A DNA stretch of 64,000 nt from Candidatus Sumerlaeaceae bacterium (GTDB lineage Bacteria > Sumerlaeota > Sumerlaeia > Sumerlaeales > Sumerlaeaceae), in assembly GCA_051003195.1 (NCBI GenBank), contig JBPCLP010000058.1, positions 39,408-103,407 of the forward strand, in the 5' to 3' direction. Positions 56,401 to 64,000 of the stretch are shown here, piece after piece. Each line of letters starts with the position of its first letter. Within the stretch, counting starts at the first letter, position 1. The notes below the pieces were generated by a model. The model made no database searches. It saw only the letters and a program-made list of their open reading frames with translations, and was not told the DNA's origin. Made by a program: the position numbers and the translations under genes.

Positions 56401-57750
56401 ATGCAGAGCAAACCACACAGCCACCCCACACCAGCCCGTGATGGTGCGCCCGAACCCCGCCCGTGGGCAAAAGGACGTCGAGTATATCTTGTCGAGGACG
56501 ACCCGGATTTCGCGTATTATATGCTCCTGCTGCTGCGACGTCAGCTGGGCTTCGACGCCCGGCATTTCGTGGACGGATTTTATGGCCTGCAGGAATGCCT
56601 CGCGCATCCACCAGACCTCGTGATCCTGGACGTGGATCTGCCTACACTGCGGGGCGATGAGGTGTGCCGGCTGCTTCGCTCAATGCCGGAGTACCGCAGC
56701 ATTCCAATCCTCATCTGCTCCGCAATGCCCGAGGCACAGAAACATGAGATGAGGCTTCTTGGTCTCGGAGCGGACGCCTACATTGAGAAGCCGTTCGACG
56801 ATGAGGTGCTTGTGCGAGCGCTCGAGCGGCTGATGTTGCGCGTGCAAATGACTCAGTTGGAGCTTCCAAAAGTTCCACATGCCGAAGGCACTGTTTCACA
56901 ATCTGCAGGTTCCGCAGAGCGCGTTGTTGCCGCCGACGCGGTCGACGGCAACATTCCCGAGAAATTCGCCGGTTATCAACTGCAGGGCATTATCGGGGCC
57001 GGCGGGATGGGAACTGTCTATCGGGCGTACGAGCCTGAGGCTCAGCGCACCGTCGCGCTCAAAGTACTTCTGAAGTCCCTGACCAGCATCCAGAACGCGG
57101 TTGAGCGTTTCATTCGGGAAGGCCGGATCATGGAGAGGCTGCAACACCCCAATATTATTCGAGTCTGGGCATCAGGCCGAACGGCTTTTACCTACTATAT
57201 CGCGATGGAATACGTCGAAGGTGAGACTCTTGCGGTGCGCACCGAAAGCAACGAGCTGTCCTGGGACGAAACCGTGGCAATCATTCGTCAGCTTTTCGAT
57301 GCCGTCGTCTACCTGCACAGCAACGGAATTTTACACCGTGATTTAAAGCCGTCGAATATATTGCTGACAGCCGACGGTGCCGTTAAACTTGGCGATTTTG
57401 GTATAAGCCGGGATGTTAGGGAAATGCTGAACATGCACCTGACACAGGACGCCTCCATGATTGGAACACCTCCCTACATGGCTCCAGAGCAACTGCTCGG
57501 AGCCGAGGCTTCTGAATACACCGATCAGTACAGCCTTGGTCGAACCATCATTTCGATTTTCGAGAAAGGTAATCTAAACGTTCCGCCCAGACCCTTGCAC
57601 GAATTGAGGCCCGAGCTCCCGCGTCAACTCAGTGATGCGTTAGCCCGCTGCATGCATGTATATCCGTCGGAGCGATTTCCTGCCATCGCGGATGCGCGCG
57701 ATGCAGTTCTGGCGGCTTGTCAGTCGGCTACCAGTGTGCCGAATCCGTAG
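56401..57750 (+). CDS. Receiver domain fused to Hanks-type Ser/Thr protein kinase
   Basis: REC domain (VEDD...LD...KPF), then GAGGMGTVY, VALK, HRDLKPSN, DFG, GTPPYMAPE. Confidence 0.92.
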   Translation: MQSKPHSHPTPARDGAPEPRPWAKGRRVYLVEDDPDFAYYMLLLLRRQLGFDARHFVDGFYGLQECLAHPPDLVILDVDLPTLRGDEVCRLLRSMPEYRSIPILICSAMPEAQKHEMRLLGLGADAYIEKPFDDEVLVRALERLMLRVQMTQLELPKVPHAEGTVSQSAGSAERVVAADAVDGNIPEKFAGYQLQGIIGAGGMGTVYRAYEPEAQRTVALKVLLKSLTSIQNAVERFIREGRIMERLQHPNIIRVWASGRTAFTYYIAMEYVEGETLAVRTESNELSWDETVAIIRQLFDAVVYLHSNGILHRDLKPSNILLTADGAVKLGDFGISRDVREMLNMHLTQDASMIGTPPYMAPEQLLGAEASEYTDQYSLGRTIISIFEKGNLNVPPRPLHELRPELPRQLSDALARCMHVYPSERFPAIADARDAVLAACQSATSVPNP

Positions 57751-57824
57751 TTCATTACCAGACCAAAGGGCAAACTTACCCTCAATTCGGCACACAGAAC
57801 TGATTATGAACTAACGGGAGACCC
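57734..57824 (+). repeat. Dispersed palindromic repeat, copy 3 (diverged)
   Basis: GTGTGCCGAATCCGTAGTTC...CTCAATTCGGCACACAGAAC...; overlaps the kinase stop codon. Confidence 0.7.
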
Positions 57825-57827
57825 AGA

Positions 57828-60800
57828 CTAGCTGATCGCCGCCCAGCTCGCGCCATTCACCAGCAGATCCTCCGCTTCGTTGGCGGGAATCGCATTGGAG
57901 AACAGAAAGCCCTGGAACGCTTCGCAGTTGAATTCTCGAAGGATTGCGAGCTGTTCCATAGTACATACGCCTTCAGCTGTCACATCAATGTTCAGGTTCG
58001 TAGCCATTAGAATAATTGAGCGCACGATTTCACATTCTTTGGTGCCATGTGGCAAACGCGCTATGAACGACTGGTCAATTTTTACACCATGAATTGGCAG
58101 CTGGTGCAGGTAAGACAGCGAAGAGAACCCCGTTCCAAAATCGTCCAGGTAGATTCTGAACCCGGCGTCTCGCAGGAGGTTCAGTTGCTTCGTGGCGTCA
58201 CTTGGGCTTTCCAGGAGAACCGACTCGGTGATCTCGAGCTGCACGTTACGCGGGTTTACGGCTGTTTCCGCAAGGATTGCGAGTATCCGTGGCACCAGTT
58301 GTGCATCCGAGAACTGACGTCCCGAAAGGTTAACGTTCATCGACAGGTTGGCCTGGTTGCGCGAGAGGTCCTGCCACTTGCGTAGCTGCATGCATGCGTC
58401 GCGAAGCACGGTCGTACCCAGTGGGCGGATCAGGCCGGTCTCTTCAGCAACAGGTATGAAAACAGACGCAGGGACATAGCCGCGAGTTGGGTGCGGCCAC
58501 CGTAGCAATGCCTCAAAGCTTACGATCTGTCCCGTTTTGAGCGACAGAATCGGCTGATAGTGCAATACTAACTCACGTCGCGCAACAGCACGGCGTAGAT
58601 CATTCTCCAGCTCCATGTGCTCAATTGCCTGGGCGTGCATGCTCGCCGTGAAGATCTCGTACCGGGCCTTGCCTAGGGCCTTCGCGCGATACAAAGCGTT
58701 GTCAGCGTCGCGCAACAGGTCATCCGGCTTGTCATACAAGGGCGAGCTGAATGCGACTCCAATGCTTGCACTCGTAAAGACTTCGCGTCCCTGGATGGTC
58801 ATTGGCTGCGAGAGCTCCGACAGCACCCGATCGGCTACGATGCTCACTTCTTCCGTCGTGCGTACGTCTTCCAGCAGCATGGTGAATTCGTCGCCCGCAA
58901 ATCTCGCGACAGTATCGCCCGGACGCACACAAGTTGCAAGTCGTTCGGCGGCGACACGCAGAACTTCGTCCCCCATCAAGTGGCCGAGACTGTCGTTGAT
59001 GTATTTAAACCGGTCAATATCGAGAAACAGAATCGCAAACTTGTAATCCGTTTTGCGGCGGCAGCGCACGAGCGCATGATTCAAACGATCCATCAGGAGA
59101 CTTCGGTTCGGCAGCCCGGTTAGCGTATCGTGGAACGCATTGTGTAGCAACTGGGCCTCTGCGTTTTTGCGTTCGGTAATGTCCTGCATGATACCGAGCG
59201 AACCAAAGGGCACTCCATGCTCGTCCAGTAACTGGATCGAAGAATCGGATACCCACCTCGTTGCACCGGTGCGGTCCTCGATCTGGACATCTGCCAGCCA
59301 TTCGCGCGCGAGACCTGCTCGGCTGCGCCGCGTTGCTTCATCGTACGGAATTCCTGCGGACTTGCCCTGCATGATGACTTCTTTGACCATCGACTGCCAA
59401 AGCTCTGTGGTCATTTCAGCCGCACTATAGCCCGTTATGGTTTCAATCCCCTCGCCCATAAAGACGAAAGTATTGTCGCTATAGCGACGCTCGTACGGCA
59501 CGGCGCCTGTTTCCGAGATCGCCTGCCTATAGCGTTGATCACTCTGACGCAGCGCCTGTTCCGCTCTCGTGCGTTCAAGTGCGCCGCTGCAATGGTTTGC
59601 CAGTGCCTGCAGAAGTTGCAGATCTTCGGCGTCGTAAGCCTGCGCCGTGTAACTTTGAATGGACATCAACCCGATGATGGATGTGCCGCTGCGTACCGGC
59701 ACCCACATGATGGATGCCGAAGGTCGTTGTTCATCCCCGAACGGCCTCATCTCCTCGGTCACGGTGTTGTCGTCCCTGAGCAAAAGCAACGGGCCTTCCT
59801 CAATGGTCTTTCGCATTAAGCCATGCGGCACCGTCACGTTGTAGGGCGGTTCTACTTCCTGCCGAAAACCTGAAACGACATCCCATGTCAGCACTGAGTG
59901 GCAGGTATCTTCAGTGGTGGAATACAGGTCGAACATGCATGCGTCCCAGCCAAGCAGTTCATCGGCTACACCGATCGCGATCCGAGCCGCTTCGTCCGGC
60001 GTTCTCGCCGCCGAGAGCCGCTCCCCCAGCATTGCAAAGGCCTGGCTGCGCGCTTCTGCACGGCATCGTTCCAGGCAAGGCCCCGTAATCTCGGTCAGTC
60101 GCTCCAGCAGCCGCAAATCTCTCTGGTCAAAATGGTTGGGAGTATACGATTGCACGGACACGATGCCGACCAGGCGATCACCCAGTAGAATGGGTGCATA
60201 CATCAGGCTCAGCGAGTGCTGCGTGTTTTCTCCAAATGGCGTGAATGTTGGGTTCTTGGGGTCCTCGGTTCGATTGATCAGCAGCGGCCGGCCTTCATGC
60301 AGCGCTTCCAGGCCACGGTGCCTCGAGACGTCGTAGTTGCTGGGCGAATAATTGCGCTTTACGCCGCCGACGGTGTCGATTTCCAGGATCATGCGGAAAC
60401 GCCCGTGGCCGGACCTCCGGGCGGATACAAATCCCGCATCCCAATGCCACAGCTCGTCCAGCGCCGATCGAATCTGGAGCGCCGCGCTTTCCAGCGTCTC
60501 CACGGCAGCAAGCTGCACCGCTAGCTTCGAGAAAACAGATCGTTCGTGTTCGGCGCGTTGCCGCCGTGTTGAATCTCGGGCCAGCGCAATTACCAGCCGC
60601 TTTCCTTGAGTAACAATCAGGCTTACGCGCAGCTCTACCGGGAAAAGCGTGCCGTCCCGGCGACGGTATGTCGTCTCTATTGTAGTTGGAGTCTCGGCCT
60701 CGAGCATCTCCAGCGCGCTCAGAACTTCATCAGGGTTTTCACTCAGATCCTGCAACCCAAGCTGCAACATTTCCGTGCGGCTGTATCCCAGGGTTTCGCA

Positions 60801-61904
60801 AGCTTGCCTGTTTACATCCACCAGTTGCCCGTGCATCTCGTAAATGAACAGCGGATCGAGTGCATGCTCGATGAGTGTGCGAAACCGATTTTCGCTTTCG
60901 CGCAATGCTGCTTCTGTCCGCGCGCGTTCCGTGATATCCGTGGAAACTGCCAGCACCGCAACATCGTCAGATTCCGGAACCACAAAAGGAATTTTCGTGG
61001 TTTGTAGTATCCGCGTATTTCCCCGGAAATCGGTGATTTGCTCCTCGGGAATATGTAGTGGCTGACCGCTGTTGATGACGCGGCGATCCGACTCCAGGAA
61101 GTGCTCAACCTCTTCAGGTGAAACATTGAAGTCGGAATCGCTGTGGTGCAGCAGTGCATCTACCGTCGTGCCGTAGGCATCGGCCATCGCATGGTTCGCC
61201 AGGATGAACTTCCCCTCTGCATCCTTGGCAAAGATGAATTGTGGCACGAGGTCCATGATTTGCCGCAACAGCCGCTCGTTCCGGCGAAGTGCAGCCTCAG
61301 CAGTCCGACGCGCCGTAACGTCCCTGAAATAGCCCGTCAGCTGCTCAGGGTTCCCGGCGTTCGGCCCCGCCGAAGAAAAATTCGCATGAGCCCAAACCGA
61401 ACCCTTGGCCGTGGTGAACTGCAGCTCCAGTTCAAAGGATTCGGCCTCGGCCGCCGCGACGCTTTTCAGCGACTGTTCAAAAGCGCTTCGGCTCATGGGC
61501 TCGAGCAGATTTGCCAAAGGCTGCTGCGCCAGCTCCTGTACCCGCTCACCCAGCAGGCGTGCCAGCTGTTCAGGGACGGTGAGCCAATGCCCGTCTAATG
61601 ACACCCGGCCAATCATCAGCAGCGAAACCGCTTCCGTTTTGGCCAATTGCGCCTCGGTCTTGCGTCGAGCCTGTGATTCCGCGAACAGGTGTCGGACGCT
61701 CAGGTGCAGCACAAGCGCTGATAATGCCACGAAAATGAGCGTTTTGTGCAGCTGCCAGCGGTGCAGGTTCGCAGCGCCGGCGTCGCCATATAATAGCGGA
61801 AAAAGCCAGTCCGATGCGAAAATCCAGGCGATCCCAACCGCAACGTACAGGGCGGTAACTCGAAGAGCTGCAAGCTCCGCTCCGCGAAGACCAAAAACAG
61901 TCAT
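57828..61904 (-). CDS. Membrane-anchored PAS/GAF sensor diguanylate cyclase / phosphodiesterase (GGDEF-EAL)
   Basis: Two N-terminal TM segments, several PAS domains (D[IV]T.R ends), two GAF domains, HDTLTGLPNR, RFAGDEF, FEALLRW, DDFGTGFSSL. Confidence 0.95.
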   Translation of the reverse strand: MTVFGLRGAELAALRVTALYVAVGIAWIFASDWLFPLLYGDAGAANLHRWQLHKTLIFVALSALVLHLSVRHLFAESQARRKTEAQLAKTEAVSLLMIGRVSLDGHWLTVPEQLARLLGERVQELAQQPLANLLEPMSRSAFEQSLKSVAAAEAESFELELQFTTAKGSVWAHANFSSAGPNAGNPEQLTGYFRDVTARRTAEAALRRNERLLRQIMDLVPQFIFAKDAEGKFILANHAMADAYGTTVDALLHHSDSDFNVSPEEVEHFLESDRRVINSGQPLHIPEEQITDFRGNTRILQTTKIPFVVPESDDVAVLAVSTDITERARTEAALRESENRFRTLIEHALDPLFIYEMHGQLVDVNRQACETLGYSRTEMLQLGLQDLSENPDEVLSALEMLEAETPTTIETTYRRRDGTLFPVELRVSLIVTQGKRLVIALARDSTRRQRAEHERSVFSKLAVQLAAVETLESAALQIRSALDELWHWDAGFVSARRSGHGRFRMILEIDTVGGVKRNYSPSNYDVSRHRGLEALHEGRPLLINRTEDPKNPTFTPFGENTQHSLSLMYAPILLGDRLVGIVSVQSYTPNHFDQRDLRLLERLTEITGPCLERCRAEARSQAFAMLGERLSAARTPDEAARIAIGVADELLGWDACMFDLYSTTEDTCHSVLTWDVVSGFRQEVEPPYNVTVPHGLMRKTIEEGPLLLLRDDNTVTEEMRPFGDEQRPSASIMWVPVRSGTSIIGLMSIQSYTAQAYDAEDLQLLQALANHCSGALERTRAEQALRQSDQRYRQAISETGAVPYERRYSDNTFVFMGEGIETITGYSAAEMTTELWQSMVKEVIMQGKSAGIPYDEATRRSRAGLAREWLADVQIEDRTGATRWVSDSSIQLLDEHGVPFGSLGIMQDITERKNAEAQLLHNAFHDTLTGLPNRSLLMDRLNHALVRCRRKTDYKFAILFLDIDRFKYINDSLGHLMGDEVLRVAAERLATCVRPGDTVARFAGDEFTMLLEDVRTTEEVSIVADRVLSELSQPMTIQGREVFTSASIGVAFSSPLYDKPDDLLRDADNALYRAKALGKARYEIFTASMHAQAIEHMELENDLRRAVARRELVLHYQPILSLKTGQIVSFEALLRWPHPTRGYVPASVFIPVAEETGLIRPLGTTVLRDACMQLRKWQDLSRNQANLSMNVNLSGRQFSDAQLVPRILAILAETAVNPRNVQLEITESVLLESPSDATKQLNLLRDAGFRIYLDDFGTGFSSLSYLHQLPIHGVKIDQSFIARLPHGTKECEIVRSIILMATNLNIDVTAEGVCTMEQLAILREFNCEAFQGFLFSNAIPANEAEDLLVNGASWAAIS

Positions 61905-62073
61905 ATTACTCGCGCCGCGGAATTTCCGCAGCGCACGACGGCGTTGGCCGGCTGCGTTGAGTATTGGTCAGAATGAATGGACATTTTTGTGCTGAATGAC
62001 TGGAAACTACGTCGGAAGCCACATACCGTCCGCGCAATTCAAGAGCTTGTCAATAGCCCTGAGTAAGTATGTT

Positions 62074-62889
62074 TCAGCGCTTCCAAAACTGGTCCCATAC
62101 CTGCCAGAAGGTCTCGCCTCGGCTCACCACCGTCCGCGCGTTTACGATCTCCAGGCCGACCCTTCCCAGGTACTGGTCCGCATGGTCCGACGTGTGCAGC
62201 TCTACTTTGAACTCAGCCGGGCCTGGCGCTTTGTACGGCTTAGGCCAGCTTTTCTGGTTCGTAAGCACTTCATGCACTTTCGTTTCGATTAACGTGCAGG
62301 CGTCCGAGGGCGCCATGCTCCGTGCGGAATAGCGTCCAAGTCCCTTCTTTACAGCTGCCTGTGTCACACTCGCGCCCAGCAGTGCCGCTACTTCACGACA
62401 CGCGGCCGTATCACCGGAGACAAACACCACGGGCACGCCAAAGCTGCCGGCGATGGCGGCAATAATGCCGCTTTCGCCAACCGCCTGCCCGTTAATATAG
62501 GCGTTCACCCAGTTCGCACTGGACATGGTATGGCAAAGCACGCCGTCGGACGTCCCCGCCATGGCGTGAGCGCCCGGCAGCAACAGCGCATCGCATCCAG
62601 TTTGAAGATCTTCCACATAGCAGCCCCACCGAAATCCGGTAATGTACTCCGCCCCCGGTTCGAGCTGATCCGTGATCCATGAATTCATTGTCCAGCCGCC
62701 GCCCGCGCCGTGCCCGTCAATCACCACGATCTCGGTTGCACCCGCGCGCTTTGCCCCTCGCACCGCCGCGTTGATCTCCTGCGTGTAGAGCCGGCGTCCC
62801 TCTTCGTATAGCGGCGCGCCACCGTTTACCTGGTCCCAGTGCGTTATCCCTGCCACGCCCTCCATATCGCACCACATCTGTACACGCAT
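62074..62889 (-). CDS. M55 family D-aminopeptidase (DppA-like)
   Basis: DMEGVAG, EINAA..GA...GA, D.H, HAMAG...GVL.HT, GE, VSGD, VK.G. Confidence 0.92.
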   Translation of the reverse strand: MRVQMWCDMEGVAGITHWDQVNGGAPLYEEGRRLYTQEINAAVRGAKRAGATEIVVIDGHGAGGGWTMNSWITDQLEPGAEYITGFRWGCYVEDLQTGCDALLLPGAHAMAGTSDGVLCHTMSSANWVNAYINGQAVGESGIIAAIAGSFGVPVVFVSGDTAACREVAALLGASVTQAAVKKGLGRYSARSMAPSDACTLIETKVHEVLTNQKSWPKPYKAPGPAEFKVELHTSDHADQYLGRVGLEIVNARTVVSRGETFWQVWDQFWKR

Positions 62890-62959
62890 TCAGCTCTTCC
62901 GTCCATTCTGTCGCTTTCGATCACTCGAACTTCCATTCACCGGCGTCAACGGTAAGCTC

Positions 62960-63865
62960 TTGAACAAAGCCTCGAGGCACAGGTTCTCTACTCCCGCCTT
63001 GAATGCTCTCGACAGAGTGAATGAACACGATCCCGGCGTCGAAAACAACGCCGCGGAGCTATACCTCGATCTGCTCAAGCGAAGCCTTACGGGTCTGCTC
63101 CGCCCCCAGCTTTATGTGGAGGCTGCGCCACCCCAAACACCTTGGAAAGCCCAGGTGTATAAGCGCTTTGAAGCGCTGCTTGCCTCCACCAATCGTCGAA
63201 TCGTCAGTCTGGTTCCATACGAGCCCGATCTGCGCGCAACCGGACGTGAATGCTGGCCTCCGGAAGCCGAAAGCATGATCGGCCTGCTGCGTTTGGAAAA
63301 CATTCAAAAATGCATTCAGTCGGTTGTGCGCGAGAACATAGCCGGCGATGTAATTGAAACCGGCGTCTGGAGGGGCGGCGCAACCATTTTCATGAGGGCT
63401 GCACTTGAGGCATACGGAGACCGCGAAAAAACTGTTTGGGTTGCCGACTCGTTTGAGGGCCTTCCTCCGCCCGACGCCAGCTACCCGGCCGATGCAGGCG
63501 ACAGCCATTTCACGTACTCGCCGCTCGCTGTCAGTGTTGAACAGGTTAAAGAGAACTTTCGCCGCTATAAGCTGCTCGACCAACGTGTCCGCTTTTTGAC
63601 GGGCTGGTTCAAGGACACGCTGCCTTCCGCGCCCATTGAGCGCCTGAGTGTACTTCGTCTCGACGGTGATATGTACCAGAGCACCATGGACGCAATTTCT
63701 GCTTTGTACCCGAAGCTATCGGTTGGCGGTTATTGTATCGTAGACGACTATTTGTGGCACAAACCTTGTGCACAAGCGGTGGAAGATTACTGCCGAACCC
63801 ACGGAATTAACAAGATAATCCACAACGTCGATTGGACCGGCGTATATTGGCGGCGGGAACGCTGA
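62960..63865 (+). CDS. TylF/MycF/NovP family O-methyltransferase
   Basis: YLDLLKRSLT, MIG..RL.N, GD.IETGVWRGG, VADSFEGLP, GWFKDTLP, LRLDGDMY.ST, GGY.IVDDY. Start may be the GTG at 63017. Confidence 0.93.
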   Translation: MNKASRHRFSTPALNALDRVNEHDPGVENNAAELYLDLLKRSLTGLLRPQLYVEAAPPQTPWKAQVYKRFEALLASTNRRIVSLVPYEPDLRATGRECWPPEAESMIGLLRLENIQKCIQSVVRENIAGDVIETGVWRGGATIFMRAALEAYGDREKTVWVADSFEGLPPPDASYPADAGDSHFTYSPLAVSVEQVKENFRRYKLLDQRVRFLTGWFKDTLPSAPIERLSVLRLDGDMYQSTMDAISALYPKLSVGGYCIVDDYLWHKPCAQAVEDYCRTHGINKIIHNVDWTGVYWRRER

Positions 63866-64000
63866 CGCCTTCAAGACGGATGGGTCACACCTTTTTACAA
63901 TTCAAGTCTTTGCGTTTAACCCTTCAAATAATGTAGAGATTGCAGCCGTATGTTATACACTTAAGGTAGTGTCCAGAATCTTTCGCACTTTGGTTTTCGG

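Overview
Bacterial chromosomal window (roughly 55-60% GC by eye), mostly housekeeping and envelope genes. It appears to span the replication origin: an AT-rich, DnaA-box-rich intergenic region at about 13.7-14.15 kb has the box-box-GGCCC-trio unwinding architecture, and parAB with two parS sites lies about 20 kb away, but no dnaA gene is present. Recognisable genes include uvrA, recA, era, a Nif3/zinc-ribbon pair, korAB, tolQ/tolR/tolA-like genes, parAB, ppc, mutS, queA, several glycosyltransferases and glycoside hydrolases, a sulfatase, a REC-Ser/Thr kinase and a PAS-GAF-GGDEF-EAL protein. The most notable accessory element is a tightly coupled RhuM + DUF488 + DUF488 + dual-OB cassette between recA and uvrA, downstream of a candidate SOS box. 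Other items of interest are a possible ~240-nt structured RNA next to the origin, a toxin-antitoxin pair inside the kor operon, a toxin gene remnant, a dispersed ~95-bp palindromic repeat family, and a C-terminal DWxLYE tag on a secreted hydrolase. That tag tentatively suggests a Sumerlaeota/BRC1-like host (inference). No rRNA, tRNA or CRISPR array was seen. All calls come from motif recognition by eye; no database searches were run.
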